This document shows, piece by piece, positions 8,369 through 17,130 of a stretch of DNA of 32,000 bases (the stretch's first letter is position 1; every line of letters begins with the position of its first letter). The translations under genes were made by a program, and so were the position numbers. The notes beneath the pieces were generated by a model. The model was not told where the DNA came from, searched no databases, and worked only from the letters and a program-made list of their open reading frames with translations. Source of the DNA: Acaryochloris marina MBIC11017 (GTDB taxonomy: Bacteria > Cyanobacteriota > Cyanobacteriia > Thermosynechococcales > Thermosynechococcaceae); NCBI RefSeq assembly GCF_000018105.1, contig NC_009926.1:270001-302000 (forward strand). The letters are read 5' to 3'.

Positions 8369-9370
8369 TTACAGTGCTCGGTAGCTACTAGGAGAATAGC
8401 CAAATGTTTTTTTAAAGGCTGCTGAAAATTGACTCGGACTAGCATAGCCAACTGCCTGAGAGATTTGGGAAATCGAAAGGTCATAGGACTCTAACAGTCG
8501 CTGTGCCTGCTCCATCCTATGTTGACGCAGACAACCGAAAACCGTAGTTCCAAAAATCTGGCGAAACCCACGCTTTAGTTTGAAATCGTTTATCCCTGCT
8601 TGCTTGGCTAACGCGACTAGCGAGAGAGGATTATCCATATTGTCTAGCAAAATTTCTTTTGCCAAATAGATTCGCTCAATGTCATCTGTTTTTAAGTTAA
8701 TGTCTTCAGGGTAGAAACGTGATTCGCTGACCTGATTTAGTTTTAAAGCAATGAGTTCTAGGGCTTTGCTCTCTAGATAAGTTCTTTTGATAGCACCTTG
8801 GTAAGGACAGTGGAGTATTTGCTGAAGCGGGGTGAGCATACTGGCAGAGGTATGACCCACAAGATTGAAATCGCTTGAGAAGGGTCTAGCTATATTATGA
8901 CCAATGCTACCTAGAGGACAATCTTCAGGGATAAACGTGGCAAAGAGTTGTGGGTGTATCACCAGGGTTAGCATCTCAACACATTGATGGGCTGGATAGG
9001 TGGTGTTAACCTGCATCTCTCCAGACATAAAGCCCAGCATATTAGTATGGGGGCGGGTCAAAATCTCAGCTTGATTGGAGTGAAGTTGTAGTCGAGAATG
9101 GCCAGCTAAGTGGAATCGAAGTCCCCATATGGATAGCTTTTCAAAGCTTTCAGTGAAATGCAGATTCTCTCGTAAGTTTGCTCGGGTAAACACCAGATCT
9201 AATCCTTCTCGCAGTTGGAAACTATGGTTTAGCCAGTCTCCGAAGGACTGCTGAAGTGACCAAGTAACGGGATCGGCTTGGATTTGATAGTCAGCATCGA
9301 TCTGCTGCTGGGATTCTGCCAGCATTTCATAGAGGTTGCTAGAAGAGAGCGTCAGTTGCAGAGTTGCCAT
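8369..9370 (-). CDS. AraC-family transcriptional regulator, PchR/YbtA-like context (333 aa)
   Basis: The C-terminus has the double HTH of AraC/XylS ('LSLVALAKQAGINDFKLKRGFRQIFGTTVFGCLRQHRMEQAQRLL...ISQISQAVGYASPSQFSAAFKKTFGYSPSSYR'). It lies immediately upstream of the receptor gene. Confidence 0.9.
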   Translation of the reverse strand: MATLQLTLSSSNLYEMLAESQQQIDADYQIQADPVTWSLQQSFGDWLNHSFQLREGLDLVFTRANLRENLHFTESFEKLSIWGLRFHLAGHSRLQLHSNQAEILTRPHTNMLGFMSGEMQVNTTYPAHQCVEMLTLVIHPQLFATFIPEDCPLGSIGHNIARPFSSDFNLVGHTSASMLTPLQQILHCPYQGAIKRTYLESKALELIALKLNQVSESRFYPEDINLKTDDIERIYLAKEILLDNMDNPLSLVALAKQAGINDFKLKRGFRQIFGTTVFGCLRQHRMEQAQRLLESYDLSISQISQAVGYASPSQFSAAFKKTFGYSPSSYRAL

Positions 9371-9391
9371 CAGGAAAGAATTAGCACGGTT

Positions 9392-9411
9392 TGATAATGA
9401 TAATTGTTTTT
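9392..9411. promoter_or_regulatory. Fur box upstream of the AraC regulator gene
   Basis: 'TGATAATGATAATTGTTTTT' closely matches the classical GATAATGATAATCATTATC consensus. It lies 22-41 nt upstream of the AraC start codon. Confidence 0.6.
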
Positions 9412-9570
9412 AATTATATTGTTGTACCATCTTGAGCATTTTTGCTGAGATAGGCATCAAGGAATGTTAAAAATAAGAATACATGGTGCATCTCTATTGG
9501 GATTAGCAGTATGAAAACTGTGAGACCGAAAACAAGTGTGGGAAAGCCTGGAAACTCCTTGATCAAGCGT

Positions 9571-9783
9571 TCAAGCCGCTGGAGCAGCCAGTTCTGGATA
9601 CCACCGTTCAAAGGTTTCACGCCAGTCGCCATCCAATACCTTCGTCCTGACCTGCAATAGGAGATACGCTTTCTTGCTCCATCGCATTTGCTGCTTTTTC
9701 TCCAAACGCTTAGCCACCACCTGATCCAAATTTGATTTGCAGTATGTATACCCAAGAGTACGGAAACAGCCGTTGATAAACAC
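9571..9783 (-). pseudogene. Possible C-terminal transposase remnant (family uncertain)
   Basis: 'QQMRWSKKAYLLLQVRTKVLDGDWRETFERWYPE' resembles the MRWS..GA..LL.LR...LNG.W tail found in several IS transposases. The frame breaks on both sides and no catalytic domain is present. Confidence 0.3.
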
Positions 9784-9836
9784 TAGATTTTTGGTGTAGT
9801 CGATTGTAACCTTCTCTAATTTGTTGTTGATGGAGT

Positions 9837-10805
9837 TTATTCCAGTTGCCTAAGCCATTTAGGGATTTGTTCTGAAAATTGATGATGATAATTATTTGCT
9901 TCATTAGCGCTCATCCCTTCATGTTGGGCATCTTCAAGGAGCTTACTCATAGACCGCATCGAGTCGTCAACATCCGTCCATGAATCAGGTGATGCCTTTA
10001 ATAAGGCATTTAATTGAGATCGAATGCGATCCGTGGCAGTGGAACCGTTGACGGGTGAAGTCGATGGAATCGAAGACGCAGACTGTAGTCGCGGAACAGG
10101 CAATTCACAAGCAACAGGAGGTGCATGGGTGCTAATCAGATATTGCTCTAGACGAGAGGGCAAGCTGGGTGGCTTTTCTATAAGCTGGCTTTGCGGCGGA
10201 ATGTAGGTATGGGTCTTTTCATCATAGGCAAGGACTTCACCCGTCTCGATATGGTAAATCCAGCCGTAAATTTGCAGTTTGCCCTGCAGCATCCGTGATC
10301 GCACAATCGGATAAGTCTTCAAATTATCAATCTGCACTAAGACATTTTCAGCGACTAAAATTTCAACCCGCTCTTCCCCTTGAGATTCTGGGTAGTTTTC
10401 TGAAACTACTCGCCGGGTCGTTTCAGCATGTTGCAACCAGTCATACACCAACGGCATATCTGCTTGCAGCTTGTTCAGCTTCATCAGACCTGTCATTGCT
10501 CCACAATGGGAATGGCCGCAGATGACAACTTGCTCAATCTCTAGAGCAGCAATGGCATATTCAATCGTGCCGCCCTCACCACCATTTGCTGCCCCATAGG
10601 GGGGCACGATATTCCCAGCATTACGGATGACAAACAATTCCCCCACATCTGTCTGGGTAATGAGGTTGGGGTCAACCCGCGAATCAGAGCAGGTGATGAA
10701 TAATACACGAGGTTTTTGACCGTGAGAGAGTTCTTTTAAGAGTTCTTGATGTTGAGCAACATATTTTTGCTTAAACTCTTGCAGACCACGAACGAGCTTT
10801 TTCAC
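9837..10805 (-). CDS. ccaA: Beta-class carbonic anhydrase, carboxysomal CcaA/IcfA type with a C-terminal extension (322 aa)
   Basis: 'RVLFITCSDSRVDPNLITQ', 'GELFVIRNAGN', 'VVICGHSHCGAM', 'MPLVYDWLQHAE' and 'LKTYPIVRSRMLQGKLQIYGWIY' match the zinc ligands and conserved blocks of cyanobacterial CcaA/IcfA as I recall them. Confidence 0.9.
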   Translation of the reverse strand: MKKLVRGLQEFKQKYVAQHQELLKELSHGQKPRVLFITCSDSRVDPNLITQTDVGELFVIRNAGNIVPPYGAANGGEGGTIEYAIAALEIEQVVICGHSHCGAMTGLMKLNKLQADMPLVYDWLQHAETTRRVVSENYPESQGEERVEILVAENVLVQIDNLKTYPIVRSRMLQGKLQIYGWIYHIETGEVLAYDEKTHTYIPPQSQLIEKPPSLPSRLEQYLISTHAPPVACELPVPRLQSASSIPSTSPVNGSTATDRIRSQLNALLKASPDSWTDVDDSMRSMSKLLEDAQHEGMSANEANNYHHQFSEQIPKWLRQLE

Positions 10806-11238
10806 GACTGCACTTCCTTGACATGACTCTGCGCGAACAATGTCATCGGGCCAAGTTCACGCGAGTTCTCGGATAGTAATCTTTCCAAAACTGCTGTTTA
10901 AATTATATTCCAACAGTCAATTAGCCCAGTTGTATGGCCGCTCCCCCGCAGAGCGTCAACCGATTTGATTTTGAGAAAGACGTTTAAGCGAGTGCTATTT
11001 GCTCCTCGGCCTGCCCTCTAAGCAGCAAGCAGATATTACACTAAATCATCAAAATCTTCAGACCTTGAGATTCGTGCAAAACAATACACAGCAAGAATTT
11101 GATATTCAAATAGCATTTTAATTCCGATTTTTGGCCACAAATCTGGAATTAAAATCACCGATCTTATAGAGTAATCTGCAAGTTCATGCTCTGTGGTGCA
11201 ATTTATGTCGCGTTTGGCTCAACATGCCGACTTGCCGC

Positions 11239-12105
11239 CTATGCTCGATTTTTCTGGAGCCAGTTCACTAGATCAGCAGATTCCGTAAAGTCGAGTAGTG
11301 CCTCGCCCAAAGTTTCGAGTTGATCGAGGGAGAGGGCTTGGATTTGCGATCTCAATTCTAGAGCAACGTCACCAATGCGTCGATTGAGTAGACGAAGGAT
11401 GAGCGATTGTTCACCTTCAAGCTTGCCTTCTTGCCTTCCTTCCTGGCGGCCTTCATCCAAGGCTTCCTGGTAGACTTTCGTTTGCTTGAGTTCGCTTACG
11501 CCCAACATACTCTCTATCTCTTCCCGACTCAGTTGTGGAAATTTGTAGACCACAATTGTCTCAATTAATTCTATTATCGTGGCAAATCTTGGATTTGTCT
11601 GTTCTTGAGGCTGAACCCTTGAAATCAAAGCTTGGGCCTGGGTGACGGTCTTTGCTGAGTCAGCCACAATCAACTGCATTAGACCCACACCAACAGAGTC
11701 AACGGCTTCATTCAAGTCTTCCAAGTAAATACGATGTACTTGGTCGCTATTCAGGTTGGCCCGGAATACATGGTGATAGTCTGGTTCAATGCTGCGTTTG
11801 GGGTAGATAACAACGGCTTGCCAGTCCACCGTGTCAGGGTGAAGATTGAGATACAGATAAATCTCAGAGAAGAACCGTTGATAGAACGCCGGGTCTCGTT
11901 GAAACTGAACTTCCACAAACCAGACTGTTTGGTCTGCAGCCTCTGGAGTAGGCAAGAAAACGCCATCAATGCGGAAGGCAACCTGCTTGATTTCAACAGA
12001 CTTAAATTCATAGCCTTGAGCTCTATGTGAGGATTGTCCCAGCAGCTCGAACAAGATGCCGGGATCTGCCTGGAAGATGCGATAGAAGATTGAATCTGTT
12101 TTCAA
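11239..12105 (-). CDS. Rpn-family recombination-promoting nuclease / putative transposase (DUF2887 plus DUF4351-like; 288 aa)
   Basis: 'MKTDSIFYRIFQADPGILFELLG', 'FRIDGVFLP' and 'VWFVEVQFQRDPAFYQRFFSEI', then the C-terminal 'QEGRQEGRQEGKLEGE..LILRLL.RR.G' module typical of this cyanobacterial family. Confidence 0.75.
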   Translation of the reverse strand: MKTDSIFYRIFQADPGILFELLGQSSHRAQGYEFKSVEIKQVAFRIDGVFLPTPEAADQTVWFVEVQFQRDPAFYQRFFSEIYLYLNLHPDTVDWQAVVIYPKRSIEPDYHHVFRANLNSDQVHRIYLEDLNEAVDSVGVGLMQLIVADSAKTVTQAQALISRVQPQEQTNPRFATIIELIETIVVYKFPQLSREEIESMLGVSELKQTKVYQEALDEGRQEGRQEGKLEGEQSLILRLLNRRIGDVALELRSQIQALSLDQLETLGEALLDFTESADLVNWLQKNRA

Positions 12106-12228
12106 AGGGCGAGATTACTCTGCGTCGTTCCAGTTATTCTACTGAATGAAAGTAGCTCCAGAAGAGTGGCGGTTTATAGTGGATATTGAATAGCACCATT
12201 GATAGCTAACGATGTTAGTTAAATTGTT

Positions 12229-12471
12229 ATGCAGCCCGACAATGACAAAATCGATGATGTCGTTCTCGCATTACTAGCCCTCAATATTCATGATGAAACT
12301 GAGCAGGGTGCACGCAGTTGGAAAGGTTACGATTGGGAGGCTCTTAATCGGTTGCATCAAAAAGGATGGATCAGTAACCCTGTCACCAAGGCAAAATCTG
12401 TAATTCTGACACCTGAAGGACTAGCGAGAAGCCGAGAACTATTCAAACAGCTATTTACAAAAGAGACCTGA
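12229..12471 (+). CDS. Small conserved protein, DUF6429-like (80 aa)
   Basis: 'WKGYDWEALNRLHQKGWISNPVTKAKSVILTPEGL' matches my recollection of the DUF6429 core. Family assignment is from memory only. Confidence 0.5.
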   Translation: MQPDNDKIDDVVLALLALNIHDETEQGARSWKGYDWEALNRLHQKGWISNPVTKAKSVILTPEGLARSRELFKQLFTKET

Positions 12472-12589
12472 TCATAAAGCCCATCCTTTAGCTGACTTTC
12501 CCGTTATCTCCTACAACCCTTTAACATCAATACTTCTAACTCAACGATCACAGTTTTGGGGTGAGCATATATTCGAATAGTACAGTTCA

Positions 12590-14176
12590 CTACCGTAAAT
12601 GTTTGATGCCGTCAGCTTCTCTCGAAAAGCGATCCGTGATCAAGCTGATGACAGGTCGCTTGCGCACCTTGATATTGACATTGACCGACATCCCTGATTG
12701 CAAGGCTAATTGCCGCTCCTTCGTCTTCAAGGTTTGTGAGTCTAATTTGACGACGGCGGGGAAGCTGTAAAATTGCCGCACTTCGGTTGGGGGTAGGGCA
12801 TCTGAACCAATGGACTCAACCGTTCCTTTAATATCACCAAATTCACTGAAATTAAACGAATCAATCCTCACATCAGCGGCCATGCCAGTCTGGATAAAAC
12901 CAATATCTTTGTTGGTGATATAGACTTTTGCCTTCAGGTTATCAGCAGGCACAATTTTTAAGACGGGTTCACTCGCATTCGCAACAAACCCCGGTGTGCT
13001 CGGCTTCAAATCAAACACCATACCATCTACGGGGGCTTTTAACTCTTGATAATCTAGGGTTAGTTTCGCCTGTTGTAACCGATTCTCTAAGTCAGCAATC
13101 GTTCTTTGATTATCCACGATGGCTTTGGTGAGCTGACTGTCGATTTCCGAAATCCGCTTTTTATTGGCAGCAATCCGATCCAGTAATTCTCGCTGGTTCG
13201 TGGCAACAGTGTTCAGGGCTTGGGCTTGGGCTTGTTGTTTTTCCTGGCCGACTTGCTCCAATTGCCGTAACAATCGAATCTGCTCTTGCTGGAGGCGTGA
13301 GACTTCTGCCGTGCCAGTTTGCACTTCATTCTGTTGCTGTTTGAATTGCACCCGAGCAATCGCGCCTTTTCTATAAGCCTCTTCAATATCTTGGACAATT
13401 TCTTGATTGAGGGCCAAGGTCTGTTGAGCGCTCGCTAATTGAATCTTGGTCTGCTCCAGCTGGACTTCTATTTGACGAAGCTGTTTATCAGCTTGGTTTA
13501 TCCGCGCTTGCGCTGCAGCCACACTGCTGGAACCTTGAGTGAGGCCAGATTGAAGTCGCTGCCGTTCTTCGGCTGAGAAATGCCTCCATTCCTGTGCACC
13601 ATTGAGCTGAGCCCGATAAAGTTTATTCTCAGCGACGAGGGACTGACGATCCCGAGTGGAATTGATCAATGCTGAATCAATCACATCCGGTAAGGGGGCA
13701 TTAGATTGCCCCTGCAGCTGCTGACGATAATAGTCATTGACTTGTACTAGATTGCGGCGTTGGTGTTCAAGGGATTGAATCTCAGACCGCGTCCCTTGGC
13801 GATTCAGGACGAGGAGAACCTCTCCTTTTTTGACGAGCTGCCCTTCTTCAACCTTGATCTCCTTGACCACGCCAGCGACGGGAGATTGAATCTCCTTGAC
13901 GGCCCCTTTGGGTTCGAGCTGTCCCGTTGCCGGAATAGCTTCTTCGATTTGGAATAAACAGGCCCAGGCCAGTGCAGCGGATGCAGCCCCCACAATTCCC
14001 CAGATAATCGCTCTTGACCAGACCGGGGACTGCTGCAGAATCACAGGCCGATCAAAGGGTTTTTCTTTCTTGGGATGAGCTTTCGTGAGGGGTAGTACGT
14101 TTTGATCTGATTCGGGGGTGAGGGTCGAATTCAGTTGTTTGGGGTCGCCTCCCGCGAAGGTTTGAATACTGGTCAT
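12590..14176 (-). CDS. HlyD-family type I secretion periplasmic adaptor (528 aa)
   Basis: N-terminal TM segment ('AIIWGIVGAASAALAWACLF'), lipoyl-like 'GVVKEIKVEEGQLVKKGEVLLVL', a long Q/E-rich coiled coil and a C-terminal beta-barrel ending in 'RPVISLI'. The start overlaps the ABC gene stop by 4 nt. Confidence 0.9.
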   Translation of the reverse strand: MTSIQTFAGGDPKQLNSTLTPESDQNVLPLTKAHPKKEKPFDRPVILQQSPVWSRAIIWGIVGAASAALAWACLFQIEEAIPATGQLEPKGAVKEIQSPVAGVVKEIKVEEGQLVKKGEVLLVLNRQGTRSEIQSLEHQRRNLVQVNDYYRQQLQGQSNAPLPDVIDSALINSTRDRQSLVAENKLYRAQLNGAQEWRHFSAEERQRLQSGLTQGSSSVAAAQARINQADKQLRQIEVQLEQTKIQLASAQQTLALNQEIVQDIEEAYRKGAIARVQFKQQQNEVQTGTAEVSRLQQEQIRLLRQLEQVGQEKQQAQAQALNTVATNQRELLDRIAANKKRISEIDSQLTKAIVDNQRTIADLENRLQQAKLTLDYQELKAPVDGMVFDLKPSTPGFVANASEPVLKIVPADNLKAKVYITNKDIGFIQTGMAADVRIDSFNFSEFGDIKGTVESIGSDALPPTEVRQFYSFPAVVKLDSQTLKTKERQLALQSGMSVNVNIKVRKRPVISLITDRFSREADGIKHLR

Positions 14177-17130
14177 GATTGAGTCTCCTGTTGCTGGTAT
14201 AGCCAGTAATAACGGCCTTTTTGCTGCATCAATTCGGCATGGGTGCCTTGTTCAACCAGGTGGCCCTGGTCCATCATCAAAATCATGTCTGCCGACTCTA
14301 AGGTCTTGAGGCGATGGGTGACAAAGAAGACAGTGCGGTCGCCAAAGGCTTCTGCCAGGTTTTGACAGACTTGGCGTTCAGCGTTGTAGTCGAGGGCGCT
14401 GGTCGCCTCGTCCAGAATAATCAGTTGGGGATTCTGCAAGACCATGCGGGCGATCGCAATCCGCTGCCGTTGTCCCCCCGACAGGGCCGAACCCCGCTCA
14501 CCCACACGGGTGTTATACCCTTGGGGCAATTCCATAATGAAATCATGGGCATAGGCCACTTTCGCCGCGGCCACAATTTCCTCCGCCGTTGCATCTGGGG
14601 CAGAAAGGGCAATGTTTTCCTGTACCGTGCCATCAAACAGTAAACTGTCCTGTAACACCATGCCGATTTGACGACGGAGGGAGTACAGTTCCACCTTGCT
14701 AATGTCGTACTGATCCACCAAGATTCGACCGCTGTTGGCGTTGTAGAGGCGCATCAACAGCTTCATCAAGGTACTCTTACCCGAACCGCTCTGGCCGACA
14801 ATCCCCACAAACGTCTTAGCGGGCACTTCCAGAGACACCTGCTGGAGCTGCATCGGTCCACTGTCTTTGAATCGGAAGGACAGATCTTCAAACTTGACCG
14901 CCCCTTGCATCAACGGCATGGGAATCAAATCGCGATCCGCTTCAGTCACCTCTTGGGGATAGTCCAGAATATCGCTCAAGCGCTCTAGGGATAGGGCTGT
15001 TTCCTGGAAGTTCTGCCACAGCTGCACCAATCGGAGCAAAGGACCAGTGGTATAGCCCGCAATGATGCGAAAGGCAATCAGTTCACCCACGGTCAATTGC
15101 CCTTGAATAAATAGATAGGCCCCGACCCACAGTAAGAGTAAGCTGGATAGCTTATTCAAGAAGCCACTGATAGAACCTGCCGTGGTGGAGGCCACCACCG
15201 CCTTAAACCCAGAGCTGACATACCGGGCATAGCGATCTTGCCATTGCCAGCGGGATTTCAACTCAATGTTTTGAGCCTTGACCGTTTGAATTCCCGATAC
15301 CACCTCCACCAAGTAAGACTGGGTTTTGGCATTCTCTTCCGCTTTAGTCCGGGTCAGACGGCGAATAATTGGAGCGAAAATAAAGGTGAGTAAGGCAAAC
15401 AACGGCACTGTGCCTAGGGCGATAATCGTCAGCAGCCAACTGTAAAACACCATGACGACGATGTACACGACCGAGAACACCGCATCTAAAACTACCGTCA
15501 AGGCCGTTCCCGTTAGAAACTTACGGATGTTTTCTAGCTCATTAACTCGGGTTGCCAGTTCTCCCACAGGACGTTTATCAAAATAGCGCAGGGGTAACCG
15601 CACGAGGTGATCAATCACCTCCGCACCCAGCGACATATCAATTCGATTGGTGGTATCTACAAATAAATAGGTACGAAAACTGGTGAGCAGGGCTTCAAAT
15701 ATAGCTACCCCCACTAACAACAACCCCAGGACATTCAGAGTACCGAGTGCCCCTTGCGATAGGACTTTATCAATGATGACCTGGGTAATCAGGGGATTCG
15801 CCAGGCCAAACAGTTGCACAAAGAAGGAAGCAATTAACACCTCAGTCAAAACCTTGCGGTGCTTCTTAATGGACGGCCAAAACCAGCTCAGGTTAAACCG
15901 ACTTTGAGGCGTTTCATGGGTGCGCTCTAGCAGCAGCACCTGTACCTTGTCTTCAAAGGCGTCCAAGAAATCATCGGGATGTTTGCGAAGTAAGGTCTGC
16001 TCTGGCACTGCAAATACAATTTCTTTGGTGCTGGTTTCATACACCAGGGCAATCCGGTCCTGCCAGTTAACGAGTGCTGGAGTCGGCAGACGAGAAAACG
16101 CAGAGGCGGGGGTTTCCACTAACTGGGCTCGTAATCCCATCGATTCTGAGATTGCACCATAGACGGGCAGCGATACCCCCGGACCATTGCGCTCTGAGTG
16201 ATTCTTGAGAATCCGCCGAAGCACATCCTTGCGAAAGGGCAAATTCAGATGCAGCGCCAACATCTGGAAACAAGCTAAGGGAGCATCTACAGGACCTCGA
16301 CCGGACTTGAACGGATATTTGCCATGTTTAACAGGGGCATCATCCACTGCAGGCAGCAGTGTAGGCGCTTCTGGGATTTCATCCCAAACCTCTGATTGAG
16401 GACTTGCAGCGACTGGCTCAATCGAGGATTGAAACGCCTTGATCGGGGTTAATCCAATCAGCCGTAATGTTTCAGACCGGGAGACGGTGCCGTTGACTTG
16501 TTCTAGGCACGCTTCCAAAGGTTGACCTATCTCTAAATCAGGAATGGACCCCCCACTGACAAACCATTCCAAATGGGGTTGTAACTGGTCAATGGAGATA
16601 TCTCGTAGGGGACGAGTTTGAACGAGGCTCTCTGGCAACGCTCGTTCTGCCAAATTTTTGAGGTCCGTAGAGCCATCCGCACGGCGCAATAACTGTTGGC
16701 CGAGGACATCAAAGACTTCTAGGATACTCGGCTGCTGCTCATACACTTGAGCCATACTGGGTTCATGGCTCAACAGCTCTAGGAAGTTCGCAGCAGGCAA
16801 CTTCAAACCAACGGTTTCTACTGAAGCAATGGCTGTCTCGCAAGGGATTTGGCGCACGAGACTGATCCACCCGACTGCAGCCCCCGGTCCCAATAGTTTG
16901 AGTGTCACTGGCGTGTCGGTGCGAGGATCATAGCCCAATAGCCGCACCTGTCCTTGATAGATGAGGATCAAGTCTTGGGGCATGGCCCGGTTGGATACGA
17001 GGGGACGACCCATGGGATAGCGCAGCGGTTGGAACTCTGTCGCTACCGAAGATAGAACCGCTTCTGAAAGTTGATCAAAGCCAGGGAGATCCTTGAGGAA
17101 GGATTCCAGGGATAAGTGGGTTAAAGTCAT
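14173..17130 (-). CDS. T1SS ABC exporter: N-terminal cNMP-binding-like domain, degenerate C39-like domain (CLD), 6-TM domain and NBD (985 aa)
   Basis: Walker A 'GQSGSGKST', signature 'LSGGQRQR', Walker B 'LIILDEATSALD' and H-loop 'VTHRL'. The N-terminal ~150 aa has a beta-roll pattern ('ILIYQGQVRLLG...GPGAAVGW...ETAIAS'). Residues ~270-400 align by eye to C39/CLD ('VDAPLACFQMLALHLNL...TPALVNWQDRIALVYE'). Confidence 0.9.
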   Translation of the reverse strand: MTLTHLSLESFLKDLPGFDQLSEAVLSSVATEFQPLRYPMGRPLVSNRAMPQDLILIYQGQVRLLGYDPRTDTPVTLKLLGPGAAVGWISLVRQIPCETAIASVETVGLKLPAANFLELLSHEPSMAQVYEQQPSILEVFDVLGQQLLRRADGSTDLKNLAERALPESLVQTRPLRDISIDQLQPHLEWFVSGGSIPDLEIGQPLEACLEQVNGTVSRSETLRLIGLTPIKAFQSSIEPVAASPQSEVWDEIPEAPTLLPAVDDAPVKHGKYPFKSGRGPVDAPLACFQMLALHLNLPFRKDVLRRILKNHSERNGPGVSLPVYGAISESMGLRAQLVETPASAFSRLPTPALVNWQDRIALVYETSTKEIVFAVPEQTLLRKHPDDFLDAFEDKVQVLLLERTHETPQSRFNLSWFWPSIKKHRKVLTEVLIASFFVQLFGLANPLITQVIIDKVLSQGALGTLNVLGLLLVGVAIFEALLTSFRTYLFVDTTNRIDMSLGAEVIDHLVRLPLRYFDKRPVGELATRVNELENIRKFLTGTALTVVLDAVFSVVYIVVMVFYSWLLTIIALGTVPLFALLTFIFAPIIRRLTRTKAEENAKTQSYLVEVVSGIQTVKAQNIELKSRWQWQDRYARYVSSGFKAVVASTTAGSISGFLNKLSSLLLLWVGAYLFIQGQLTVGELIAFRIIAGYTTGPLLRLVQLWQNFQETALSLERLSDILDYPQEVTEADRDLIPMPLMQGAVKFEDLSFRFKDSGPMQLQQVSLEVPAKTFVGIVGQSGSGKSTLMKLLMRLYNANSGRILVDQYDISKVELYSLRRQIGMVLQDSLLFDGTVQENIALSAPDATAEEIVAAAKVAYAHDFIMELPQGYNTRVGERGSALSGGQRQRIAIARMVLQNPQLIILDEATSALDYNAERQVCQNLAEAFGDRTVFFVTHRLKTLESADMILMMDQGHLVEQGTHAELMQQKGRYYWLYQQQETQS

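Noticed and set aside
9414-9904. Track ORFs 9414..9755 (-) and 9710..9904 (-).
   Set aside because: They overlap each other, the transposase-like remnant and the ccaA 3' end in different frames. They have no motifs and are most consistent with degraded sequence.
14173-17130. Reading the ABC exporter as an active C39 bacteriocin-processing transporter with a double-glycine peptide substrate.
   Set aside because: By-eye alignment puts Ala and Ile at the catalytic Cys and His positions. Neither nearby small ORF contains a GG/GA leader cleavage motif. These are the 45-aa ORF at 18012..18149 and an unsupported 36-codon ORF at about 17881..17991 that has no Shine-Dalgarno. The adjacent RTX protein is a better substrate candidate.
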